NCBI GenBank assembly: GCA_963749075.1
Contig: CAVVLJ010000017.1
Coordinates: 1-64,000, forward strand
Length of the DNA stretch: 64,000 nucleotides
Source of the DNA: an uncultured Pseudomonadota bacterium
Lineage (GTDB): Bacteria; Pseudomonadota; Alphaproteobacteria; JACZXZ01
Reading direction: 5' to 3'
The notes under the pieces are model-generated. The model was not told where the DNA came from, made no database searches, and was given only the letters and a program-made list of their open reading frames with translations. Every line of letters starts with the position of its first letter. Position 1 is the first letter of the stretch. The translations under genes and the position numbers were made by a program. Below, in pieces: positions 19,685-29,345 of the stretch.

Positions 19685-19758
19685 GGCAACCTCCCTGCGC
19701 TGGCCCGGCAACGGCGATGATGGGCCGCTTTCCGCGCCGAGTCGAGCCGTAACGGCGC

Positions 19759-20487
19759 TCACTCTGCTCCCGCCCCTCCCCTCGCCTCCTTGTGGCGCTG
19801 CCAGCCGGCGGCGCGCAGCCGGCAGGCATCGCAAGAGCCGCAGCCGTAGCCCCACTCGTGGCGCTTGCCGCGCTCGCCGAGGTAGCAGCTGTGGCTCCGC
19901 TCGAGGATGAGCTCGACGAGCGCAGCACCGCCCAGCTCCTCGGCCATCGCCCAGGTCGCCGCCTTGTCGATCCACATGAGCGGCGTCTCGAGCACGAGGC
20001 GGCTCGCCATGCCGAGGTTGATCGCCGCCTGCAAGGCCTTGATGGTGTCGTCGCGGCAGTCGGGATAGCCCGAATAGTCGGTCTCGCACATGCCGGCGAC
20101 GATGTATTTGAGGCCGCGCTGGAATGCGACGATCGCGGCGAAGGTGAGGAAGACGAGATTGCGACCCGGCACGAAGCTCGTCGGCAGGCCGTCCGGGCGC
20201 TTGGCCAAGGGCTGGTCCGCGGTGAGCGCGCTCAAGCTCACCTCGCCGAGCACGTCGAGCGCGATCACGCGGTCGGCGCCCAGGCGCTCGCCCCAGGCGG
20301 GCAAGATTGCCGCCACGCCGCGGCGGATGGGCTCGCGCATCTCGAGCTCGACCGCGTGGCGCTGGCCGTAGCGGAAGCCCACGGTCTCGACGCGCGCATA
20401 ACGCGAGAGCGCCCAGGCGAGGCAGGTCGCCGAGTCCTGCCCGCCCGAGAGGAGGACGAGTGCGGCCCGGGGATCGAGCTCCGCCAT
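19759..20487 (-). CDS. queC: 7-cyano-7-deazaguanine synthase
   Basis: [34 protein letters not shown]. Confidence 0.95.
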   Translation of the reverse strand: MAELDPRAALVLLSGGQDSATCLAWALSRYARVETVGFRYGQRHAVELEMREPIRRGVAAILPAWGERLGADRVIALDVLGEVSLSALTADQPLAKRPDGLPTSFVPGRNLVFLTFAAIVAFQRGLKYIVAGMCETDYSGYPDCRDDTIKALQAAINLGMASRLVLETPLMWIDKAATWAMAEELGGAALVELILERSHSCYLGERGKRHEWGYGCGSCDACRLRAAGWQRHKEARGGAGAE

Positions 20488-20511
20488 GGGCGAGCTTAGC
20501 ACCGCCGCGGC

Positions 20512-21606
20512 TCAGCGCCGCTCGGGGAAGAGGGCGAGGAGCCCCTCGCGCGAGGCGGCCGCCGTGCCGCGCTCGGTCACGAGCCCGCTCACCAGGCGCG
20601 CGGGCGTCACGTCGAAGGCGTAGTTGGCGGCGGGACTTCCGTCGGGCGTGAGCTGGACGGTGACGAGCTCGCCCTCCGCGGTCTTGCCCTGGATGCGCGT
20701 CACCTCCTCGCCGGCGCGCTCCTCGATGGGGATTTCCTTGAGGCCGTCGGAGAGCGTCCAGTCGATGGTGGGCGACGGCAGCGCCACGTAGAACGGCACC
20801 CCGTTGTCCTTGGCCGCGAGCGCCTTCAAATAGGTGCCGATCTTGTTGCACACGTCGCCCGCAGCGGTGGTGCGGTCGGTGCCGACGATGGCGAGATCGA
20901 CGAGGCCGCGCTGCATGAGATGTCCGCCGGCATTGTCGACGATGACGGTGTGGGCGACGCCGTGGCGGCCGAGCTCCCAGGCGGTGAGTGCGGCACCCTG
21001 GTTGCGCGGCCGCGTCTCGTCGACCCAGACGTGGATCGGGATGCCGTTGTCGTGCGACATGTAAATGGGGGCGAGTGCGGTGCCCCAATCGACGGTGGCG
21101 AGCCAGCCGGCGTTGCAATGGGTGAGGACGTTGACGCGCCCCGCCTCGCCCTTCTCGCGCCAGGCCTTGCGGATGAGCTTCTCGCCGTGGCCGCCGATCG
21201 CCCGGTTGATCGCCACATCCTCGTCGCAGATCTCGGCGGCGCGCCTGTAGGCGGCGGCGGCGCGCTCACGAGCCCGCGTGTTGCGCAGGCGCGCGCGCAT
21301 GTCGTCGAGCGCCCAGCGCAGGTTGACCGCCGTCGGCCGGGTGGCGAGGAGGAGATCATAGGCCCGGTCGAGCGCGGCGTCGGACGGCTCGGCCCGCATC
21401 GCAAGCGCCACCCCATAGGCCGCCGTGGCGCCGATGAGCGGCGCCCCGCGCACCAGCATGGCGCGAATGGCGTGCGCCGCCTCCTCGACCGTCTCGAGCC
21501 GCGCCAGAGAGAAGAGATGCGGCAGCCTGGTCTGGTCGATCACGCTCACGGACCAGCCGTCGTCCGAGAGCCAGATCGTGCGATAGGGAACGCCGTCAAC
21601 CTTCAT
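20512..21606 (-). CDS. mtnA: S-methyl-5-thioribose-1-phosphate isomerase
   Basis: [53 protein letters not shown]. Confidence 0.95.
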   Translation of the reverse strand: MKVDGVPYRTIWLSDDGWSVSVIDQTRLPHLFSLARLETVEEAAHAIRAMLVRGAPLIGATAAYGVALAMRAEPSDAALDRAYDLLLATRPTAVNLRWALDDMRARLRNTRARERAAAAYRRAAEICDEDVAINRAIGGHGEKLIRKAWREKGEAGRVNVLTHCNAGWLATVDWGTALAPIYMSHDNGIPIHVWVDETRPRNQGAALTAWELGRHGVAHTVIVDNAGGHLMQRGLVDLAIVGTDRTTAAGDVCNKIGTYLKALAAKDNGVPFYVALPSPTIDWTLSDGLKEIPIEERAGEEVTRIQGKTAEGELVTVQLTPDGSPAANYAFDVTPARLVSGLVTERGTAAASREGLLALFPERR

Positions 21607-21705
21607 GGGCGACCTTCATGGCGGAGACGATAGCGGAGCCAGGCACCGGGCTCAATCTTGCTCCTGCTCGCCGTGACAGCCGCCGGGCCCGCAAGCGGCC
21701 AAGGT

Positions 21706-21882
21706 GCCTCGGACTGGCTGCGGTGCGTCCTTCGAGACGCTCGCTTTCGCTCGCTCCTCAGGATGAAGATAAGTCTTTCTGCCACACACAGATTTGCCTC
21801 ATCCTGAGGAGCGCCCCGAAGGGGCGCGTCTCGAAGGACCCGCGACGGTACTGCAAGCGTCCTTGAGATGTGTGCATCAACT
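21706..21882. repeat. Composite REP-doublet/MITE-like repeat, copy 1
   Basis: Near-identical to 46831-47002: CGTCCTTCGAGACG...CTCCTCAGGATGA...CCTCATCCTGAGGAGCG...CGTCTCGAAGGAC, ending GATGTGTGCATCAACT. Confidence 0.85.
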
Positions 21883-21903
21883 CCTGCTACAGCGGACAGC
21901 GCC

Positions 21904-23118
21904 ATGGACGACACCCAATTCGCAGAGCTCGCCGGCTGGATCGCCGAAGCCGGATTGGCGGGCGAGAGCGAGACGGCGATGGTGAGCGGCTTTTGCGCGC
22001 GGGTCGCCGCATTGGGCGTGCCCCTCGCGCGCGGCACGGTCTTCATCGACACGCTGCATCCGATCTATGAGGGGCGGCTCTTCAGCTGGCAGGCCTCGGC
22101 ACAGGAGGCGACGCTTCGAGAATATCCGTCCTCGAGCCAGGGCGAGGACCTGGAGCGCTGGAAGCGCAGCCCCTTTTATCTCCTCCTGCAGTCCGGCGAG
22201 CCGCTGCTGCGGCGGCGCCTGAGCGCCGGGAGCGCGGCCGAGTTTCCCATTATCGCCGATATGCTCGCCGCCGGCATGACGGACTATGTCGCGATGGTCA
22301 ATCGCTTCGCGGCGGAAGGCGTCATCGGCGAGATGGATTGCGTCTATTCCTCCTGGGTGACCGACCTCCCGCAAGGCTTCCGCGACGCCGACGTGGCGGA
22401 TTTGAGGCGGCTCGTTCCGCTCCTGGCGCTCGCGGTGAAATCCGCCTCCCTCGCGCGCATCGCACAGACGCTCGTCGAGACCTATCTCGGGCGCGACGCC
22501 GGCCGGCGGGTGCTCGGCGGTCGCATCGCGCGCGGCGTCGCCGACCGCATCGAGGCCGTCTTGTGGTTCAGCGACCTCCGCGGCTACACGCGGATCACCG
22601 ATACCGCCGCCCCCGGGCAGATCATCCCGCTTCTCAACGACTATGCCGACGCCGTCATCTCCGCGATCCACGCCGAGGGCGGCGACGTACTCAAGCTGAT
22701 GGGCGACGGCACGCTCGCCATCTTCACGGCCGCGGACTGCGAGGCGGCCTGCCGGGCCGCACTTGCCGCGGCAAGCGGCGCCCGCCGCAGCGTGGCCGAG
22801 CTCAAGGCGCGGCGCGCCGCCGCGAGCCTGCCTGTCACCGACATCTATCTCGGCCTCCATTTCGGCGAGGTCTTCTACGGCAACGTCGGCAGCAAGGAGC
22901 GTCTCGATTTCACGGTCGTCGGCCCGGCCGTCAACGAGGTGAGCCGCATCGCCGCCCTCTGCCGCTCCGTCGAGCAGCCGGTCCTCCTCTCCGCCGCTTT
23001 CGCCTCGGCGGCGGGCGAGGCGCGAAGCCGCCTTGTCTCGGTCGGGCGCTACGCGCTCCGCGGCGTCGGCCGCCCGCAGGAGCTCTTCACGCTCGAGCCG
23101 GGGGAGGAGTCTGCATGA
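21904..23118 (+). CDS. Class III adenylate/guanylate cyclase with N-terminal GAF-like region
   Basis: TYLGRDAG.RVL.G.I.RG, WFSDLRGYT, LKLMGDG, YGNVGS..RLDFTVVGPAVN. Confidence 0.88.
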   Translation: MDDTQFAELAGWIAEAGLAGESETAMVSGFCARVAALGVPLARGTVFIDTLHPIYEGRLFSWQASAQEATLREYPSSSQGEDLERWKRSPFYLLLQSGEPLLRRRLSAGSAAEFPIIADMLAAGMTDYVAMVNRFAAEGVIGEMDCVYSSWVTDLPQGFRDADVADLRRLVPLLALAVKSASLARIAQTLVETYLGRDAGRRVLGGRIARGVADRIEAVLWFSDLRGYTRITDTAAPGQIIPLLNDYADAVISAIHAEGGDVLKLMGDGTLAIFTAADCEAACRAALAAASGARRSVAELKARRAAASLPVTDIYLGLHFGEVFYGNVGSKERLDFTVVGPAVNEVSRIAALCRSVEQPVLLSAAFASAAGEARSRLVSVGRYALRGVGRPQELFTLEPGEESA

Positions 23119-23188
23119 TAAGAGCGGCGCCCGGCCGGGGGCCGGGGGCGACGAGCTCTTGAACGACGCATGATTATGCCCTACTTTA

Positions 23189-23212
23189 CTCCTAAATGGA
23201 GCCATTTTGGAG
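23189..23212 (+). promoter_or_regulatory. Operator palindrome upstream of vapBC-1
   Basis: CTCCTAAATGG-AG-CCATTTTGGAG, a 10/11 inverted repeat immediately before the antitoxin ATG. Confidence 0.55.
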
Positions 23213-23218
23213 CCGATC

Positions 23219-23449
23219 ATGAACCTGTCGATCAAGAACGCGCCCGACGACGTCGTGCGCCGGCTCAAGGAGCGCGCGGCACGCAACCACCGCTCATTGC
23301 AAGGAGAGCTGCTGGCGATCATAGAGGAGGCGGTGGCCCGGTCTCGCCCGCTCACTCCCGAGGACGTGCTGGCCGAAGTCCGTCGGCTCGGGCTCCGGAC
23401 CCCCGACGAGGGCACCGCGATGATCCGCAAGGACCGCGATGACCGTTAA
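23219..23449 (+). CDS. FitA/Arc-like RHH antitoxin (VapB)
   Basis: NLSIKN.PDDVV.RLKERAARNHRSLQGEL..I; overlaps the PIN toxin gene. Confidence 0.88.
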   Translation: MNLSIKNAPDDVVRRLKERAARNHRSLQGELLAIIEEAVARSRPLTPEDVLAEVRRLGLRTPDEGTAMIRKDRDDR

Positions 23450-23810
23450 GGTCGTCGATGCTTCGGCCCTGGTCGCATTGCTATTCGCCGAGTCGCAAGC
23501 GGCCGCGGTCGCGTCCCAACTATCGGGAGCCAGCCTCGTCGCACCGCATCTTCTGGCCTTCGAGGTCGCCAATACTTGCCTCAAGAAGATGCGCCGCGAT
23601 CCCGGGCAGGAGGGCATCCTTCTGAGCGCGTTCGCGGCATTCATGCGCATGCCGATCAAGACCGTGGAAGTCGATCATGAGGCGGCACTTCGGCTAGCCC
23701 AGGAGTCCGGATTGACCGCTTACGATGCCAGCTATCTCTGGCTGGCGCGCAAGCTCGATGCCGAGCTGGTGACGCTCGACAAGCAACTCACGGTCGCGGC
23801 TACACGGTGA
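23439..23810 (+). CDS. vapC: VapC PIN-domain toxin
   Basis: VVDASAL, EVAN, LTAYDASYLWLA, LVTLDKQL. Confidence 0.9.
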   Translation: MTVKVVDASALVALLFAESQAAAVASQLSGASLVAPHLLAFEVANTCLKKMRRDPGQEGILLSAFAAFMRMPIKTVEVDHEAALRLAQESGLTAYDASYLWLARKLDAELVTLDKQLTVAATR

Positions 23811-23852
23811 GGGTGGTGAGTCGCGCGTCCTGGCTGCGAGCAACCCCAGCGC

Positions 23853-26297
23853 TCAGCCGGCCTTTTTCTTGAGCGTCATTGTTCGCCGGCATCCCCACTT
23901 ATTCGTGTAAGCGCCCGTGAGCTGGCCGTTCGCGATCCTACCAATCAGCTCACCTTTGCCTAACTTGCCTTCGAAGGCGCCATCGGGCGCAACTGTGCCA
24001 CTGATGTGATCCGTTTGTTCCCCATATCTGCTGCGCCCACTGATTTGGTTGTCTCGTATCGTAATTCTGACTATATTTTCAATAAAACTACAGCCAATAG
24101 ATGCCATTTGAGGAGTGCTGCCTTCCCATTCCCCGTCGAAGCTCGCTGTCTCTCGAGGGATCGCGGATTCGTGCGGCGCAGCCATGGCTTGTTGCCGTGC
24201 CGCTGGCGTCCCTGGCTGTGTTTGCGGCTGATCCCGATCGCGTCGCAGGTTTCCCCGCGTGGCAATTGCGCCACCCGAGGACGGAGAATTCGGGGTTTGC
24301 CGGGACGGGATCACCTCCGACTGTGCTGGCTTCGCCGAAGCCGGCGAAGTCGTTGCCGCGCCCGATGTCGACTGAATACCGACTTGGCCGGCATCGTACG
24401 CCTTGCGGTACCAGCGGACGGCCTCTTCCGTGTCAATTGGTACGCCACGGCCGTATTCATATAAGCGACCGATCTCCGTCATGGCCTCAGCGCTTCCAGC
24501 GTCGGCTGCCTCGCGCCACCAGCGCAAGGCCTCGCCATAATTGCTGGCGCCAAAGGCGAGAGAAGCCTTATCCATCAAATTCTGAACCGAGGACGCCGCG
24601 ACGAGGTGTGGTGCCGACGACGACGCCTCCGCCGTTTTGGTGAGGCGCTCCACCTCGGCAAGGCGTGCCTCAGCTTCCGCCGCAAAGGCGCTTCCGGGAT
24701 ATTTGTCAAGATAGCCCTGAATCTTTCTGGGTGAGCGGCTATCCTTCACCCTTCGCCACGCGTCAGCGGCCTCCGCATGATGCCTGATGTCTGCGAGCCG
24801 TGCCTGGGCATCACCCGCGAAGCGGCTTTTAGGGTATTTCTCGAGGAAATCCTTGAAGACCTCTGCTTGTTCAGCGCCCTTAATGCGAGCCCACGCCTCA
24901 ACGGCCTGCTGCTCTCGCTTGCGAAGTTCCTCTTCGTCTCCGAGTTTCGCGAGCTTCTGTCCGGCTCTCACGGCATTGGCTCCACTCGGATAGCGCGCCA
25001 AGAAAGCTTGGACCTCGCCCTGCGAGGCACTGTCCTTCACCTTACTCCAAGCCGCTTCCTCTTCGCGCCGGAGTGCCGCGATTTTCAGCCGCGCCAGTTC
25101 TACGAATGCGCCAGTCGGAAACCGCTGGACATAGGCTTCGAAATCGGCCGGATTGCCACTCCCCTTGACGCTCTCCCAATATGCCAAATCTGTCTGCTGG
25201 AGATCGAGGCCCTCTCTAGGCGCGGCCGGGTTAGCCGCGGGGGGCGGTTCTTGCTTTGCCAACTTCAGGGCTTCCAGACGATTACGCGCCAAAGGCACGA
25301 ACGCGCCCTTCGGGTATTGCGTCAGGTAGGCCTCGAAATCCGCACGGTTGGTGCTGTCTTTGATCGACTGCCAGAACACCACCTCCTTGTCCGGTCCGGA
25401 CTGCTGCACCTGCGGCGGTGGGGTCGGCGCCGGAGGCGGCGGCGCGGGCGGCACGAAATAAAATTCGCCGATCAGTGAGGAAGACTCCCACGGCACCTGC
25501 TTGCCGTGCGAGCGCTCCTCGACCGCGGCGCGCACTCTCCTGAGGAGCTGCTCCACTTCCACGCCCGCCGTCTTCATCGATTTCAAGAGCTCGGCGGTGT
25601 AGAGGCCGTGCTCGCTGTCGCCGTCCGACGCCACTGCGCCGGGGGCTGTGGCATAGGCGATGAGCGTGCCGCGCGCCGCGTCGATGGCGGCAAGCCCGCC
25701 CGAGAGGCCGCGCAGGCCGCGTCCGAACGGGCTGTCGCGGCAGGCATCGAGGATCACGAGCGCCACCCGCGCGTGGGCGTCGTTGAGCTGGTCGGTCACC
25801 ACTTCCATCGGGAACGTCTCGAACGGGATGGCGGCCGCGGTGTCGACCGTGGCATCGACGGGGACGAGATAGTTCTGCCCCTTGAGCTGTATGCCGTGTC
25901 CCGCGTAATAGAAGAGCGCAGCGCCGTTGCGCGGGAGCGCCTGCGTGAACTCGACGAACGCCTTCTGCATGGCCTTGAGCTCGGCGTCCTCGAGCTCGAT
26001 GACCTTGAAGCCGAGCTCGCGCAGCGTTTGCGCCATCGCGCGGGCATCGTTGGCCGGGTTCGCCAGTTTCGGCACGCCTGCGGCGCGATAGGCGCCGTTA
26101 CCGATGACGAGCGCGACGCGAGGCTCCGTGGCCTGCGCCAACGCATAACCGCTCCATAGCGCCACAATCAGCAACGCCGCCGAAAGAAAAAGCCCATTAA
26201 GGCTGCGCCATATCGAGAAACGCACGTCGTTCCTCCTGCGCAATGGCAGAACTCGCCCGTCCGTAGACTCGCCGCGCTTCGAGGCCGCCTCAATCAC
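23853..26297 (-). CDS. Secreted caspase-family (peptidase C14) protein with helical repeats, SEL1 repeat and C-terminal beta domain
   Basis: Signal-like LLIVALWSGYALAQA; RVALVIGNGAY, LANP.NDA, YYAGHG (His), ILDACRD (Cys), YATAPG; five W..IK.S....F..YL..YP.G.F...A..RL repeats; one SEL1 repeat. Start uncertain. Confidence 0.85.
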   Translation of the reverse strand: MIEAASKRGESTDGRVLPLRRRNDVRFSIWRSLNGLFLSAALLIVALWSGYALAQATEPRVALVIGNGAYRAAGVPKLANPANDARAMAQTLRELGFKVIELEDAELKAMQKAFVEFTQALPRNGAALFYYAGHGIQLKGQNYLVPVDATVDTAAAIPFETFPMEVVTDQLNDAHARVALVILDACRDSPFGRGLRGLSGGLAAIDAARGTLIAYATAPGAVASDGDSEHGLYTAELLKSMKTAGVEVEQLLRRVRAAVEERSHGKQVPWESSSLIGEFYFVPPAPPPPAPTPPPQVQQSGPDKEVVFWQSIKDSTNRADFEAYLTQYPKGAFVPLARNRLEALKLAKQEPPPAANPAAPREGLDLQQTDLAYWESVKGSGNPADFEAYVQRFPTGAFVELARLKIAALRREEEAAWSKVKDSASQGEVQAFLARYPSGANAVRAGQKLAKLGDEEELRKREQQAVEAWARIKGAEQAEVFKDFLEKYPKSRFAGDAQARLADIRHHAEAADAWRRVKDSRSPRKIQGYLDKYPGSAFAAEAEARLAEVERLTKTAEASSSAPHLVAASSVQNLMDKASLAFGASNYGEALRWWREAADAGSAEAMTEIGRLYEYGRGVPIDTEEAVRWYRKAYDAGQVGIQSTSGAATTSPASAKPAQSEVIPSRQTPNSPSSGGAIATRGNLRRDRDQPQTQPGTPAARQQAMAAPHESAIPRETASFDGEWEGSTPQMASIGCSFIENIVRITIRDNQISGRSRYGEQTDHISGTVAPDGAFEGKLGKGELIGRIANGQLTGAYTNKWGCRRTMTLKKKAG

Positions 26298-26760
26298 AGA
26301 AAAAAATAGCGCCCGGTGCAGTAACGGACGCGCCGTTACTTGCTTGTTGAAACGAGAAATCGCACCGTTTGACCTGGCCTGCGTCGATCCGGATGAACTT
26401 GTCGGTCATCGTATAGAGGCAGTCGATCTTGTAGACGAATGCCGGCGCGTCGGAATTCATGCTCCAAGCCTGATGGATACGCCCGCCGCGCCGCTCCTGG
26501 GTCGTCGGCGCCATCTGAGGCAAGGGCTCATCGGCCTTCGGCGGCGAATCCCGCGGATAGGAGAGCACGCGAACGGTATCGAATCTTGATTTTGGCAGTC
26601 CCCACGCCACGGGCGGTTTCGCGGGACACACGATCGTGTGAGACGACGATTGAATATCGGCAGTCTGAGCTCTAGCCGGGAACAGCGCAACCAGGCACGC
26701 ACTCAAAAGCGCGGCCTCAGTTCGGCTGGATGCCGTGCCGCGCTTCCTGCGCCGCGTCAT
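26290..26760 (-). CDS. Putative periplasmic immunity protein (STY0301/Tai-like)
   Basis: Signal peptide AALLSACLVALFPARA; CP....., MAP, W, .CLY..T, ..C pattern; ATGA-coupled to the upstream amidase. Confidence 0.6.
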   Translation of the reverse strand: MTRRRKRGTASSRTEAALLSACLVALFPARAQTADIQSSSHTIVCPAKPPVAWGLPKSRFDTVRVLSYPRDSPPKADEPLPQMAPTTQERRGGRIHQAWSMNSDAPAFVYKIDCLYTMTDKFIRIDAGQVKRCDFSFQQASNGASVTAPGAIFFCD

Positions 26761-27155
26761 AGGATGACCGAGAACTTCTCGGGCTGCTGCGCGATGCCGA
26801 CCGAGTCCGGCCTGCCGAAGTAGATTTCGCGAAGGCCCGGCAACTTTCCCACCCATTGGTCGAACACGACGATGCCTTTGCCGCCCGGTATCAGCCGGAC
26901 AAAAAGCGCGGCGTGGTTGCCGGACGGAAGATTGGGATACCGGCCGTTGATAAAGGTCGCGATGGCCGTTCCGTCCGCGACCATGGCGGAGGGCTGGAGA
27001 ACCAGTGCATTGACGTACTGGCTGATTTTCGTCCCTTCGCGCCAGAGGGACGTATTGGGGGCACCTGCCAGCACTTGTACCAGTCTTACACATTGTCCGT
27101 TGTCGACGACCGCCTTTTGTGCCGTATAGTTCTTTGCGATATAGGGTCCGGGCAT
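26757..27155 (-). CDS. BPSL0067-family (Tae2/Tae3-like) peptidoglycan amidase effector
   Basis: GQCVRLVQ (Cys), APNTSLWREG, GTAIATF, GRYPN, GNHAALF (His), V.DQW; no signal peptide. Confidence 0.8.
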   Translation of the reverse strand: MPGPYIAKNYTAQKAVVDNGQCVRLVQVLAGAPNTSLWREGTKISQYVNALVLQPSAMVADGTAIATFINGRYPNLPSGNHAALFVRLIPGGKGIVVFDQWVGKLPGLREIYFGRPDSVGIAQQPEKFSVIL

Positions 27156-27354
27156 CTATCCCCCCCAAAGGCATGACGTCCGCCGACAGGACTATGCCGC
27201 CCGCGACGTCGTCGGGGTCCTCCTCACGCGGCTGCCAGACGCTCAATCAAAATTCTGCAGTGACCAAGGGCTGCAAACCTTACGATGCGCCTTTTTACTT
27301 TTGCGCGCAATACGTTGTGAGCCTGCACGCAGCGATAGACGAATTACTCCACCC

Positions 27355-29157
27355 CTAACCTCCCTCGACCCGCCTGATCGCATAGAGCGACACGTCGCCG
27401 TAGCCCTTGGCGAGCGGCACCGTGCCCACGTAGTCGCGCGCGTAGGGCGCATCGGGCTTGAGGGCCAAGGCCGCGGCGAAGGGCTCGGTCACGTAGACGG
27501 AGCCGACCGGGGTGATCGGCTCGATGCGCGCGGCGCGCGTCACGTGGGCGCCGAAGAAGGAGACGCGGCCGAGCACCGGATCGAGCATCTCGTTGACCGG
27601 GCCGTAGTGGCAGCCGATGCGCAGCGCCAAGGTGGCCGGCAGCTTGCGCGCCGCGAGGTCGATGCGCCCGACCTCCTCCTGAATCTTGAGCGCGCAGGCG
27701 GTGGCCGCCACCACGTCGTCGAAGACGAGGAAAAGGCCGTCGCCCCAGGTATTGCACCACAGCACGTGCTGCTGGTAGAGGCGGATCGAGCTGCCCATGG
27801 CACCCAGCACGTCCTCGACGAAGGCGGGAATCTGCCGCTCCGTCAGCTTGCTGAAGCCGTGCACGTCGCCGAAGAGGAAGGCGCAGAGCCGGCGCCCCTC
27901 GCTCGCCGCCGCATCCGTCGGCCACTCGGGCACCGCCTCGTAGCTCCGCAGCCTCCCCTGGGGCGAGATGACCAGCGTGGGATGCCCCGCCTCGCGCCAC
28001 AGCCGCACCTCGGCGCCGGTGCCGGCGAGCCCGCCCGAGTGGCTCGGCAGCACCTCGTCCCAGAGGGCGATCTGCACCGCCCGCCCGTCGAGAAACGAGG
28101 CCCGCTGCAGCGCCAGGCCCATGGCGTATTGGCCGCCGTAGGAGAAGAGCGCGCTGGCGCCGGCAAAGCTGTCGCTCGTCGCCATGACGACGCGGGTGGC
28201 GCGCGAGAGGCAGGTTTGGAAGCGCTCGCTCCAGCCCGCCCCCGCCGCGGCCACCGAGACGGCGCGGAACTCGGCGAGCTCGAAGGGGATCACCACGTGG
28301 AGCTCCGCCCCGCGCGCGAGGAGGGCCTCGGCGAAGAGGATATCGGCGCCGCAAGCGAGCGAGCCGTAGCCGTAGCCGACCGCGAGCTCCTCGAGCGCGG
28401 CGCGGATCGCCGCCGCCGCCGCCGGCACGTCGCCCTCCGTGAAGCGCTGCCCGATGAGATGGCCGACGTAATGGATGACCGGCGGCGGCTCGAGCGGCGC
28501 GAGGATATCCTCGGCGATGGCGAGCTGCTGGCAGGTCCGGCGCAGCTGGCGCCGCGTCCCCGCCCGTCCCTGGGCATCGATCGGGCGCACGGCGCCGGCC
28601 TCGGCAATGAGCCGCTGCACCTCCTCGACGCGGCCGAGGATGAGCTGCGCCTCGGCCCGCGTCGCGAGGCCGTAATAGTCGCCCGCCGCGCAGGAGGCGA
28701 GCACCCCTGCCGCCACCCGCTCGGCCTCCTCGCGGCGCCCGGCCCAGAGGAGGAGGGCCGCCGCATTGACGCCCGGATAGGGATCGCCGGTGAGCGCCAG
28801 CACGCGGGCGTAGGCCGCGGCCGCGGCCGCGAGCTTCTCGCCGCGCCGGCTCGAGCGGTCGGCCAGCGCCTGGTCCTTGAGGAGGCGCGCATAGAGCGAG
28901 GGAATGTCGACCGCGAGCTTGGCGTCCGCGGCCACCGCCTTGTCGAGGCCCCATTCGGCGAAGAGCTCGAGCGCGCGGGAGGTGGCGCCGGCGCGCGCCA
29001 GCGCCAGCACCGCCCGGTGCTTATACGCGACCACGTCCTCCGCCGCCTCGACCGCCTGGCGCGCCCTGTCGTAGGCGACGAGCAGATCGCCGCGCCGCAT
29101 GGCGGCGTCGATGTCGATCAGCCGCACGTCCTTGCGCTCGCCCGCTTGGGTCGCCAT
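27355..29157 (-). CDS. TPR-S/DUF4071-like + SLOG-like + class III nucleotidyl cyclase fusion
   Basis: SLYARLLKD, YPGVNAAAL, DYYGLATRAEA (TRAF-binding/TPR-S-like); GHLIG, GSLACGADILFAE, LHVVIPF, WD...GGLAGT (SLOG-like); FGDVHGFSKL, NTWGDG, RIGCHYGPV, FFGAHVTRAARIEP (cyclase). Confidence 0.8.
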   Translation of the reverse strand: MATQAGERKDVRLIDIDAAMRRGDLLVAYDRARQAVEAAEDVVAYKHRAVLALARAGATSRALELFAEWGLDKAVAADAKLAVDIPSLYARLLKDQALADRSSRRGEKLAAAAAAYARVLALTGDPYPGVNAAALLLWAGRREEAERVAAGVLASCAAGDYYGLATRAEAQLILGRVEEVQRLIAEAGAVRPIDAQGRAGTRRQLRRTCQQLAIAEDILAPLEPPPVIHYVGHLIGQRFTEGDVPAAAAAIRAALEELAVGYGYGSLACGADILFAEALLARGAELHVVIPFELAEFRAVSVAAAGAGWSERFQTCLSRATRVVMATSDSFAGASALFSYGGQYAMGLALQRASFLDGRAVQIALWDEVLPSHSGGLAGTGAEVRLWREAGHPTLVISPQGRLRSYEAVPEWPTDAAASEGRRLCAFLFGDVHGFSKLTERQIPAFVEDVLGAMGSSIRLYQQHVLWCNTWGDGLFLVFDDVVAATACALKIQEEVGRIDLAARKLPATLALRIGCHYGPVNEMLDPVLGRVSFFGAHVTRAARIEPITPVGSVYVTEPFAAALALKPDAPYARDYVGTVPLAKGYGDVSLYAIRRVEGG

Positions 29158-29345
29158 GGCCGCCCCGTCCCCCTCGCGTTGCCGAGTTGCGCACCGGCCG
29201 CCACGGGAGAAGATAGCCCGCCGGCGGCGGCGGCCGAAAGCGGCTAATTGGCCGCCGCCCTCTCGCGCCCGGGCTTCAGCCGGCCGCCCCTCCCTGTGCT
29301 ACACTTGCCGCGATCTCCAGGGACGCCAGAGGAGGTGGCGCGAGC

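Noticed and set aside
20488-20511. preQ1 riboswitch upstream of queC
   Set aside because: Only about 24 bp separate queC from mtnA and no aptamer motif is visible.
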